DNA of 64,000 nucleotides from Arenicellales bacterium (GTDB taxonomy: Bacteria; Pseudomonadota; Gammaproteobacteria; Arenicellales; JAJDZL01), in assembly GCA_965202855.1 (NCBI GenBank), contig CBDBBP010000004.1, positions 807,776-871,775 on the forward strand, given 5' to 3'. Shown in pieces: positions 46,740 to 55,551 of the stretch (the first letter of the stretch is position 1; each line of letters begins with the position of its first letter). The position numbers and the translations under genes are program-made. The notes under the pieces are model-generated. The model was not told the origin of the DNA, ran no database searches, and saw only the letters and a program-made list of their open reading frames with translations.

Positions 46740-48113
46740 TCAATACCGAGTCATGTCAGGTCTGCCGACGGTGTGCTGAGTTCCCGCCAAAGGTACCATC
46801 GCCATTGCAGATGCCTCCATGGTCAATGCTGCCAAATCTTCTGGCTCCAACGAATGCACGTCGGTTTTGCCACAGGCGCGAGCCATCATTTGACATTCTA
46901 TTGCTAGTGTGTGCAAAAAGTTATAGACACGTTCTGCTGCATCATCTGGATTTAACCGTTCTCTGAGTATCGGGTCCTGTGTAGCAACGCCGACCGGACA
47001 GCGGCCGGTATGACAGTGGTAGCAATAGCCAGCTTCAACACCAACTTCTTTTTCGTAGTCCGCTTCCGGTATCGCTTTGTTGCAATTCAACGCCATGAGC
47101 GCGGCGTGACCGATCGCAACTGCATCGGCGCCAAGAGCCAATGCCTTCGCTAAGTCTCCGCCATTGCGAACACCGCCTGCGTAAATTAGAGAAATTTCAC
47201 CGGTCTTATCAACGTCATCAAGAGCTTTTCTAGCCTGCCGTATGGCTGCGATGCCGGGTACTCCGGTTTCTTCGGTTGCCAAATGCGGGCCAGCGCCAGT
47301 CGAACCTTCCATGCCGTCAATGTAAATCATGTCAGGGCCAGTTTTGGCCGCCATTCGAACATCGTCGTAGACTCGGGCTGCGCCTAACTTAAGCTGAATG
47401 GGAATTTGCCAATCGGTGGCTTCCCGAATCTCTTCAATCTTGAGAGCCAAGTCATCAGGGCCTAGCCAGTCTGGATGTCGAGCAGGAGATCTTTGGTCAA
47501 TTCCTGCAGGAAGAGATCTCATTTCTGCAACTTGATCGGTAACTTTTTGGCCCATCAAGTGTCCGCCTAAGCCGACCTTGCAACCCTGCCCGATGAAGAA
47601 TTCACAAGCATCCGCTAATCTCAAATGATGAGGGTTGAATCCATATCGAGACTGGATGCACTGATAGAACCACTTTGTCGAATAGCGCCTCTCGTCCGGA
47701 ATCATGCCGCCTTCACCGGAACATGTTGCTGTCCCTGCCATAGTGGCGCCTCGAGCCAGAGCGGTTTTTGCCTCATAGGATAATGCTCCGAAACTCATGC
47801 CGGTAATATAGATCGGTATATCCAGGACCAATGGATTCTTGGCTCGAGGGCCAAGCACTGTTTTTGTCACACAGCGCTCTCGGTACCCTTCAATGACAAA
47901 TCTTGTCAGAGTGCCCGGGAGAAATGTCAAATCGTCAAAAGTAGGAATTTTCTTGAACAGCGAAAATCCCCGCATTCTATAACGTCCCAACTCCGACTTG
48001 ATATGGATGTCATCAATGACTTCCGGGGAGAAAATTGAACTTCGACCTAAATTGCTCGTGTCTCGAGTCGGGCCAGGTGGATTGGGCGGCGTGCTTTTTG
48101 GTTTTGGTTCCAT
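46740..48113 (-). CDS. mgsC: N-methylglutamate synthase subunit C (glutamate synthase FMN/central-domain-like)
   Basis: 457 aa. GMSFGALS and GEGG motifs of the GltB FMN domain, plus a Cys-rich C-terminal CYHCHTGRCPVG (Fe-S). It lies in gmaS-mgsA-mgsB-mgsC order. Confidence 0.85.
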   Translation of the reverse strand: MEPKPKSTPPNPPGPTRDTSNLGRSSIFSPEVIDDIHIKSELGRYRMRGFSLFKKIPTFDDLTFLPGTLTRFVIEGYRERCVTKTVLGPRAKNPLVLDIPIYITGMSFGALSYEAKTALARGATMAGTATCSGEGGMIPDERRYSTKWFYQCIQSRYGFNPHHLRLADACEFFIGQGCKVGLGGHLMGQKVTDQVAEMRSLPAGIDQRSPARHPDWLGPDDLALKIEEIREATDWQIPIQLKLGAARVYDDVRMAAKTGPDMIYIDGMEGSTGAGPHLATEETGVPGIAAIRQARKALDDVDKTGEISLIYAGGVRNGGDLAKALALGADAVAIGHAALMALNCNKAIPEADYEKEVGVEAGYCYHCHTGRCPVGVATQDPILRERLNPDDAAERVYNFLHTLAIECQMMARACGKTDVHSLEPEDLAALTMEASAMAMVPLAGTQHTVGRPDMTRY

Positions 48114-48127
48114 ATTCTTACTCTCCT

Positions 48128-48958
48128 CTATAGAACGAGCTTCTTCTCAGTCGGTTCTAAATTATCGTAATTCCAAAGTTGCTTTCCAGATTCAATTTTG
48201 ACCATGTTGCTGACGCCGTTGGGGGCTGCGAGCCCATACAAATCCAGCTTGCGCTGAATCCACTCCCGTTCAAGTTCTGTCATCTCAGCGTGAACTGCGT
48301 CAACTCCCAAGCCTTGAATCTTGCCGCCGACGTAGATCACTCCGTCGTACATGGAGTCACCGAGATTTACGCCCGCGTCACCTAGAATTATCATACGTCC
48401 GCGCTGCATCATGAATCCACTAAATGCACCTGTACGGCCGCCTACGATAATGGTGCCGCCTTTCATATCAATACCGGTTCTCGACCCTACGTCGGACTTG
48501 CATACCAGATCACCTCCTCTCATTGCAGCCCCAAAGGTTGATCCGGCATTCTTTTCAATGACAATGGTTCCTGACATCATGTTTTCAGCACATGACCAGC
48601 CAACCCGTCCAGTAATGCGAATGTTTGGACCATCACTCAAACCACAACCGAAATAACCAAGACTGCCTTCGAAAGTCAAGTTCAGGCGATTCAGAAACCC
48701 AACTCCTAGTGAGTGTTTGGCTCCCGGGTTTAATACCTTGATCGTTCCGTAACCTTCTCGCATGAGTCGAGTGATATTCCTGTTAATCTCTCTAGCAGTT
48801 AGCGGACCACCATCGAATTCTGCGCCCTTGTCAAAATCAACATCAATTGCAAGCGGTGACGAAAATCGTTCGGCCTCAACCGCGGAAAAGAAAATTTGCT
48901 GTGTACGGCCCGCCAGCTTCTCCGCATGCATGGACGCTGCATTTTCTAGTTTTGCCAT
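48128..48958 (-). CDS. mgsB: N-methylglutamate synthase subunit B (GXGXG-repeat, GltB C-terminal-domain-like)
   Basis: 276 aa with repeated G.G...G beta-helix motifs (GSLGYFGCG, GRVGWSCAENMMSGTIVIEKNAGS, GGTIIVGGRTG). Confidence 0.85.
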   Translation of the reverse strand: MAKLENAASMHAEKLAGRTQQIFFSAVEAERFSSPLAIDVDFDKGAEFDGGPLTAREINRNITRLMREGYGTIKVLNPGAKHSLGVGFLNRLNLTFEGSLGYFGCGLSDGPNIRITGRVGWSCAENMMSGTIVIEKNAGSTFGAAMRGGDLVCKSDVGSRTGIDMKGGTIIVGGRTGAFSGFMMQRGRMIILGDAGVNLGDSMYDGVIYVGGKIQGLGVDAVHAEMTELEREWIQRKLDLYGLAAPNGVSNMVKIESGKQLWNYDNLEPTEKKLVL

Positions 48959-49890
48959 ACTCGAACCTCGCCTTCATACGGATCAAAAGTATCGATTTCA
49001 TGCGGAAACACACTGCGAATCGCAACTTCTTCTGACGCCAAGGCAACAAATTCTTCTGATTCATACAGCACCATCGGCTTGGCAGCCATGTAATCCTTCG
49101 CCATTCCCAGCTGATCTAGAGAAGCAACAACATAGGTAAAAACACCATCTAAATCCCGCAAAGAACGATTCATGGATTCTTCCAAGTCATCACCCCGATC
49201 CAGAGAATCGGCCAAGTACACAGCGATCAGCTCCGAATCGCAGTTCGACATAAATCGGTGCCCGCGTCGCTCTAGAGCGCGTCGTGAATTCCAATAATTT
49301 GTCAGCTGACCATTGTGCACCACGGATACGTCCAGAAACGGATATGCCCAATACGGATGTGCTGAGCGAATATCGACATCGGACTCCGTTGCCATTCGGG
49401 TGTGTCCGATCGCATGAGTTCCTTTGAAATGACTCAAGTCATATTGAGACCCAACTGTAATCGCATCTCCGAGATCTTTCACGAGTTCCAACCCTTTTCC
49501 GATTGACAGAATCTCAACTCCTTCGATGTCTTCGAGATAATCGGCAAGACGTCTCATATCTCCGTCATAACTAAAACGAAAGCGGAACGCGTACTCTGTC
49601 GCTTCCTCTTCTAACGTAATTTCGGCGTTATATTCAGCCAGCCGAGACTTAACGGCTGCATAACGATCCTTGATTTGCTGATGAATTTTAAATCCAGACT
49701 TTAAGTCCTCACCTTCAGCCACTTTGAATCGCATTACATATTCTGAACCTGCCGCATTGTCCTGCAGCCCATAAAAGGCCAGCCCTGTTGAATCAGGCCC
49801 GCGGTGCTTCAACGCCTGCAGCATCGACAGCAGTTCGCTACCGATCTCGGAAGTCTTGCCGCGATGAATCAATCCTGCAATTCCACACAT
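48946..49890 (-). CDS. mgsA: N-methylglutamate synthase subunit A (class II, Ntn-type glutamine amidotransferase-like)
   Basis: The ORF track starts at 49917, but class II amidotransferases need Cys directly after the initiator Met. MCGIAGLIHRGK begins at 49890, so I place the start there. Confidence 0.85.
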   Translation of the reverse strand: MCGIAGLIHRGKTSEIGSELLSMLQALKHRGPDSTGLAFYGLQDNAAGSEYVMRFKVAEGEDLKSGFKIHQQIKDRYAAVKSRLAEYNAEITLEEEATEYAFRFRFSYDGDMRRLADYLEDIEGVEILSIGKGLELVKDLGDAITVGSQYDLSHFKGTHAIGHTRMATESDVDIRSAHPYWAYPFLDVSVVHNGQLTNYWNSRRALERRGHRFMSNCDSELIAVYLADSLDRGDDLEESMNRSLRDLDGVFTYVVASLDQLGMAKDYMAAKPMVLYESEEFVALASEEVAIRSVFPHEIDTFDPYEGEVRVWQN

Positions 49891-49904
49891 TAAACTCTCT
49901 CCTC

Positions 49905-51392
49905 TTAAGGTAAACAATCAATATAGGTTTCCATATCCCATTCAGTTACCGTCGCCATAAATTTTGCCCATTCATCTTCTTTATAGTGCATGAATACTTT
50001 TCCCATTTCATCGGGCAAAGCTTCCATAATCGTTTCGTCCTTTTTCAAAGCATCAATGGCCTCACCGAGTGACATCGGCAATTTGGTAACCTCTTTCCCT
50101 GCTTCCATGGCTTCATAAATGTTACGATTCTCAGGTTCGCCTGGGTCAAGGTCATTTGAAATTCCATCGTCAAAAGCTTTGAGAAGTCCGCCACACAATA
50201 GATAGGGATTCACCATCGAATCTACAGCTCTAAACTCAAAACGTCCAGGCGCTGAAATTCTCAAAGCTGTTGTTCGATTTTGGAATCCCCAGTCTTTGTA
50301 CACTGGCGCCCAGAAACCGGTATCCCATAAGCGACGGTAGGAGTTTACAGTTGAACAGCCCAAAGCTGTCAATGCATCAAGATGTTTCATGACTCCAGCA
50401 ATGGATTGAAGGCCGATTTTGCCGGGCAGCTGTAAATCATCGGTTTCCGGCATGAACTTGTTATCGCCGCCGCTACGGTATGAATAGACATCGTCCGACC
50501 CCTTCAGCGTATCATTTCCAAGCCTATTGAGTGTTTCTTCGCCGCCGGTCCACAACGACATGTTGGTGTGACAGCCGTTCGCCGATACACCCATGAAAGG
50601 TTTGGTCATAAAACACGCAATCAGATTGTTTTCGCGTGCGACTTGGGCGCAAATTTGACGATAGGTCGACAACCGATCACAAGTTCGAAGGGCGTCATCA
50701 AAAGTGAAATTCAATTCCAATTGCCCTGGAGCATCTTCATGATCTCCCTGGATCATATCCAAACCCATAAATCTGGAATACTCGATCACTTTCATAAATA
50801 CGGGTCGAAGACTCTCAAACTGATCGATGTGATAACAGAACGGCTTGGAAAAACCGCCATCTGGCATGCCATCATCGCCTCTTTTCAACCACATCATTTC
50901 TGGTTCCATGCCGTGGCGCAAATGCAAGCCACCATGCTTGGCCTGAAATTCATCATGCAAGATTCGAAGATTTCCTCGGCAATCTGAAGTTAGGTGCCCG
51001 CCTGGATTTACTCGCTCTTCTCGGTTGCGAAAGCAGGTACAGTAGACGCGCGCGACACGTTTGTCCCAAGGCAGCTGACAGAATGTTTCCGGGTCTGGAA
51101 TACCAACCAACTCCATCGCTTCGGGACCGTAACCAATGTAGTCACCATGTCGGTCGATGAACAGGTTCGCGGTTGAACCATAAACAAGCTGGAATCCTCG
51201 TGCGGCAATTTGCTCCCAATGATCGGCGGGTACTCCTTTTCCGACTATACGGCCCGTAACCGAAATAAACTGATAGTAGATATAGTCGATATTGAGTTCG
51301 TTAATTTTTTCTCGAACTTGCTTTACCAGGTCTGCTCGCCCCGGTGTATTTACGTGTCTCTCAAGATCAGTAGAATCCATGAAACTCCTCAA
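49905..51392 (-). CDS. gmaS: Gamma-glutamylmethylamide synthetase (glutamine synthetase-like)
   Basis: 495 aa. A GS catalytic-domain pattern (MEPEMMW, DHEDAPGQLELNF, GVSANGCHTNMSLW, NSYRRL) sits upstream of mgsABC. The start may be the Met 4 codons in. Confidence 0.85.
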   Translation of the reverse strand: MRSFMDSTDLERHVNTPGRADLVKQVREKINELNIDYIYYQFISVTGRIVGKGVPADHWEQIAARGFQLVYGSTANLFIDRHGDYIGYGPEAMELVGIPDPETFCQLPWDKRVARVYCTCFRNREERVNPGGHLTSDCRGNLRILHDEFQAKHGGLHLRHGMEPEMMWLKRGDDGMPDGGFSKPFCYHIDQFESLRPVFMKVIEYSRFMGLDMIQGDHEDAPGQLELNFTFDDALRTCDRLSTYRQICAQVARENNLIACFMTKPFMGVSANGCHTNMSLWTGGEETLNRLGNDTLKGSDDVYSYRSGGDNKFMPETDDLQLPGKIGLQSIAGVMKHLDALTALGCSTVNSYRRLWDTGFWAPVYKDWGFQNRTTALRISAPGRFEFRAVDSMVNPYLLCGGLLKAFDDGISNDLDPGEPENRNIYEAMEAGKEVTKLPMSLGEAIDALKKDETIMEALPDEMGKVFMHYKEDEWAKFMATVTEWDMETYIDCLP

Positions 51393-51725
51393 TTTAAAAA
51401 TATTTAACTGGTTATAGAAATTTTATGCACGAATGTGCAAACACCTCTCAAATTATACATACTCACTCATACAAACCTATTTTACACTTGAAGTGAAGAG
51501 AGTGATATTGTGCCTAAAATAGCCTAAGTAGCTCAAATGCCCAAGAGTACGAATTATGCGCAATATTTTTCACTGAATCATTCTGTTTGAAGTGCGTTTT
51601 TCAATTGCTAGACCATATTTGGATTTCCGAAGCTCATTTTACTTGCGACATACAGCACAATTGCTCGTGAAACGCTACCGAAACAGATTTAATGAGACCT
51701 GAAATCGAGAACGGTCTGTTGCAGA

Positions 51726-52571
51726 CTAAGATTCTAATCTGCGGTCATTTTCCACGGTTACACGATGCATGACGCGCTGGGCCATCCCGTAATCCCCAAG
51801 AGCATAGTGAATGGTACACTGGTTGTCCCAAATAGCGACCGCATTCTCACTCCACCTAAACCTTATCTGAAACTCCGGCTGAGTCATATGATCAAACAGA
51901 TATGCCAATAGTCTGCGCGAGTCAGCAGATGACAGGCCTTCGACATGCATCGTAAATCCTGGGTTGCAGAATAAGTGCGGACGACCCGTTGCGGGATGGT
52001 ATTTGACTAAAGGATGGATCGCGCTTCCCATTCGCTTATGAGCTTCATTTAATCTAGCAGCGTCACCTTCGGGCTCGCCAACCGTGAAGTTGTTACGAAA
52101 ATCGCTCATGTCGTGAACGGCGCGAAGCTCGTTAATTTCCGATTTCACACCATCCGGCAGCGCATCATAGGCCGCAGTCATTGATGCCCACAGGGTATCG
52201 CCTCCTACTTTCGGAACCACTCGACTATAAAGAACAGAAGCAAACGGTGGTGAGCCTCGAAAAGTCAGGTCTGTATGCCATACATTGGTATCCTGCTGTT
52301 CACCGCCGTTAAAATCAAGGACGACAACCGATGGGAAATCAGGGAGATGCGGGTAAATTGCGTGCGGCGGCGCGACCTCACCGAAAGATTCAGCAAGCGC
52401 AACATGTTTCTCTGGACTCATTTCCTGATCGCGAAAGAAAATGACTTGATGGTCCAGCAACAGCTTGTAAATAGAATCACGAGCAAAAGCATCAGGAGGT
52501 GTCCTAAAATCGAAACCGGCAATTTCTGCCCCTAGCGCTGGCGTTAACCGTGTGACAAAAATTTTCTGCAT
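51726..52571 (-). CDS. TauD/TfdA-family Fe(II)/2-oxoglutarate dioxygenase
   Basis: 281 aa. It has the facial-triad context WHTDLTF ... H near the C-terminus, and the N-terminal LTPALGAEIAGFD is typical of TauD. Confidence 0.85.
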   Translation of the reverse strand: MQKIFVTRLTPALGAEIAGFDFRTPPDAFARDSIYKLLLDHQVIFFRDQEMSPEKHVALAESFGEVAPPHAIYPHLPDFPSVVVLDFNGGEQQDTNVWHTDLTFRGSPPFASVLYSRVVPKVGGDTLWASMTAAYDALPDGVKSEINELRAVHDMSDFRNNFTVGEPEGDAARLNEAHKRMGSAIHPLVKYHPATGRPHLFCNPGFTMHVEGLSSADSRRLLAYLFDHMTQPEFQIRFRWSENAVAIWDNQCTIHYALGDYGMAQRVMHRVTVENDRRLES

Positions 52572-53363
52572 TTGAGATTCCCTCTAATTTTCTTATCTCT
52601 GAAAATGTTCTTTTCCCGTTTCTTTCGAGCCTGCGACTCGCCAAAATCTCCTTTCCGATTACGCTAGTTGGCGCACTCACACAACTCCCTAGCTAATCGG
52701 CAGTGCGTATCATCGCCGGCGGCACACGCAACCCTGAACCACTCAACAACATCGTTTTCAAATTGACACAGCCCAATTATCATGCGAATGATAAAATTTC
52801 ATTTGGCCTCCTGCATCAAGTGTATCCTGTTGATAGGGTATTGGTTTATGGCTGTTGTTGTTGCTGTATGAAAGAAACATGATTTTAACGAGCTGACTCA
52901 ACCCGAAATCAGGAATATATTATGAGATCAGTCATAAGTCTGTTCGATACGCTTTCTTTGTCATCCGATTGGGTGCAAAAGACAACATTAACATTCGGGG
53001 AGCATGTCTGGTCTAAGCGATGTCATCGACGAAAGTGATGTGAGCGGAAAAAATTTTAAGCTTGTGTCTGAGGCAAGGGTAGTATTGCAACTTCTCACCG
53101 TGCACGACAATAAATTTCACTGCAAGTATGAAATAGAGAGTCATTTTAAAGTTGCCTTGGCGCAAGATGCAGGCTAATGATGCCCGGGCGATACCCATGA
53201 ATTTTTCGAGAACGAAAGACATTGAAATGATAGGCTTCATTCGGTGGTCGACGAGTCATTCTTCCACTTTCAGGCAAGTAATAATCACTCTCACAAACAT
53301 CAATAGTCAATCACTATTCGGAAAGTTTCCGAAAAGTCAAGCACATTACCAGTCTTCGAAACG

Positions 53364-55217
53364 ATGAATCCACATGCTGCATTTTCCAATTTCAATCTAT
53401 CGGACGCCCTCTTCGCGCTGACAGTGCCGGAGCTGCGACCGATGATGAACTGGTTTTCTGTTCCCAATCCCAAGCCGACTAGAAAGGCTGACATAATAAG
53501 GACTATCGAAGGCCGTCTCACTTCTATAAGGCATCTCCATCAACTATGGGGAGACTTGAGTGAGATTGAACAATTGGCGGTTCGCGAAGTTCTTTATTCC
53601 CCAAAGGGGATTCATATTCCAAATCAGTTCAATGCGAAGTACCGTTCGTTGCCTGCCGTTAACGTCAAAAATTTTCGTAAATCGACTCTTCCAGTGGGAT
53701 TTTTTCTGTATCAATCGGGGCGCTATGTTGATTCAGAGCTGACCATCCCCGAGGATTTGAGGCAAAGTCTGCTTAAGTTCGTACCTCCCCCGCCCGCAAC
53801 GACATTAAGCAGCGAAAAAGAGTTGCCAAAGTCGATCACCCGCGGGTCGAAGACTTACACTTTCGAAGGCGAAACAGCAGAGACAGAAAAAGCGCAACTA
53901 GTACGACGCGATATGGAGCGTGCTGCGTCAAAGGATCTGCTCTCAGTATTGCGTTTGATTGACATGGGGCGGATTTCAGCGAGCGCCAAGACCCGACGTC
54001 CTTCGGCGGTGTCTGTAAAGCGCGTTGCCGAGGAATTATACGGGGGAGATTTTTTTGAACCCGAAGTAAAAGAAGATAGATGGGATCAGGTCGTGGGGCC
54101 AATCAGGGCCTTTGCTTGGCCGTTGTTGGTGCAAGCCGGCAAACTCGTCCAGCTCCGAGGCTCAAAGCTCACATTGACAAAAGCAGGCTATGCTGCTCTC
54201 GGCGCACCCGCAGCGAAGACGTTGCGCCGCTTGTGGCAACAGTGGGTGAAAAACAGAATGCTGGATGAATTCAGCCGCATTGATGTTATCAAGGGGCAAA
54301 CTCGCGGCAAGGGGCGACGTGCAATGACAGCGGCTCCAGGGCGCCGGAAGGTGATAGCCGAAGCACTCGAGAGTTGTCCTGTCGGCGAGTGGGTACGCTT
54401 CGATGAGTTTTCTCGCTTCATGGAAGCTGCAGGCTTCGAGTTCAGCGTCACGCGCGATCCATGGAGACTATATGCAGTCGACTCGCAATATGGCACTTTG
54501 GGATATAGTAGTAACGAGTGGGGAATACTCCAAGGACGCTACCTTCTTTGTCTGCTCTTTGAATACATCTCCACACTGGGCATGATTGACATTGTTTACA
54601 TCCATCCCTCGTATGCAAAGTATGACTACGGCGATCTGTGGGCTGCGGAATCCCTGAGTTGGATCAGTCAATATGACGGTTTGGAGTACTTTCGGCTGAA
54701 CCCACTTGGTGCTTATTGCCTGGGGATCGCGGAAGATTACGAACCAAGCCTGCCATCCGATCTTACTCCGTTAACTGTGTTTCCAGACTTGCGGGTGTGT
54801 TCAGAACATCCGCTGTCCACGGATGAACGATTAACACTGGAAACATTCGCAAATACCGAATCGGAAGGAGTGTGGCGACTTGTGCTCGACAAAACATTGA
54901 CCGCCGTCGCAAGCGGAAATGATGTGGACAGCTTACGTAAGTTTCTAGCGGCTAGGGACTACGGTCAACCGTTGCCTGAGAAGGTCGAGGGGTTTTTGCG
55001 AAATGTTGAACGCAACGCATCCGCTCTCAAAGTGCTCGGAAGCGCGATACTAATCGAATGCGCCGACGAGAAAATCGCTGCTAAACTTGTAACCAACAAG
55101 CAGACATCCAAGCTGTGCCTGCCAGCAGGGAAGAAGCATCTTGCAGTTCGGATAGAATCAGAGAAGGCGTTCCGAAGGGCTGTCCTCAATCTGGGTTATG
55201 GAATATCCCAGCCCTGA
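53364..55217 (+). CDS. Orphan 617 aa protein with a C-terminal XPB-N-terminal (damage-recognition/'helicase-associated')-like domain
   Basis: The C-terminus reads LTVFPDLRVCSEHPLS..ERLTLETFANTESEGVWRLVLDKTLTAVASGNDVDSLRKFLAARDYGQPLPEKVEGFLRNVERNASALKVLGSAILIECADEKIAAKL...LAVRIESEKAFRRAVLNLGYG. This follows the pattern of the XPB helicase N-terminal domain (vq.D.tvL......l..fAe.e.....yriT..sl..A...G.....v...L......plPq.l...i.d...r.g.l.......l.......l...........f...l...GyP). No helicase core is present in this protein or next to it. Confidence 0.6.
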   Translation: MNPHAAFSNFNLSDALFALTVPELRPMMNWFSVPNPKPTRKADIIRTIEGRLTSIRHLHQLWGDLSEIEQLAVREVLYSPKGIHIPNQFNAKYRSLPAVNVKNFRKSTLPVGFFLYQSGRYVDSELTIPEDLRQSLLKFVPPPPATTLSSEKELPKSITRGSKTYTFEGETAETEKAQLVRRDMERAASKDLLSVLRLIDMGRISASAKTRRPSAVSVKRVAEELYGGDFFEPEVKEDRWDQVVGPIRAFAWPLLVQAGKLVQLRGSKLTLTKAGYAALGAPAAKTLRRLWQQWVKNRMLDEFSRIDVIKGQTRGKGRRAMTAAPGRRKVIAEALESCPVGEWVRFDEFSRFMEAAGFEFSVTRDPWRLYAVDSQYGTLGYSSNEWGILQGRYLLCLLFEYISTLGMIDIVYIHPSYAKYDYGDLWAAESLSWISQYDGLEYFRLNPLGAYCLGIAEDYEPSLPSDLTPLTVFPDLRVCSEHPLSTDERLTLETFANTESEGVWRLVLDKTLTAVASGNDVDSLRKFLAARDYGQPLPEKVEGFLRNVERNASALKVLGSAILIECADEKIAAKLVTNKQTSKLCLPAGKKHLAVRIESEKAFRRAVLNLGYGISQP

Positions 55218-55429
55218 CTTTGTTTTCACATCCCAGAGTTGCTGCGCTATTTGCCGCAAATGGTTTGTATAGGTGTCGATACGGAAGTCAGCCTTTCATT
55301 TTCGGGTCTACACCCATTAGTGTGGGTCAATGAAATATTGAGATAACCTTGCTGCTTCGTGATTTGTGTTATTTTTGATTCAGTATGGTAATGGGGCTGA
55401 ATTCAAGCGTTTCTATAATCGTCGACGAC

Positions 55430-55551
55430 AGTTATGCCAAGGGCATGAACAGCCACATTAAGACAGTGAACACGCTCGCTGGTTCCGCAACAAAATACGG
55501 TTTCTCAATGCAATTTACTTTCGTCGCGAGAGTCTAGATCTGTATCCACCA
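55430..55551 (+). pseudogene. C-terminal stub of an ISL3-family (IS1001-like) transposase
   Basis: Across two frames it reads ...AKGMNSHIKTV / ARWFRNKIRFLNAIYFRRESLDLYPP. This matches the EG.N.kIK...R.arGFRN...f..aIyf..GgLDLYP transposase terminus. Confidence 0.5.

Noticed and set aside
51426-51439. TGCACgaatGTGCA upstream of gmaS as an NtrC site, plus a search for a sigma-54 promoter.
   Set aside because: The half-site spacing is shorter than the NtrC consensus (TGCACC-N5-GGTGCA). No GG-N10-GC element with correct spacing precedes gmaS.
53004-53177. A 57 aa plus-strand ORF upstream of the 617 aa orphan (MSGLSDVIDESDVSGKNFKLVSEARVVLQLLTVHDNKFHCKYEIESHFKVALAQDAG).
   Set aside because: The purine-rich stretch is only 1 nt from the ATG. 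An equally long antisense ORF overlaps it, there is no recognisable motif, and a 186 nt gap separates it from the next gene.
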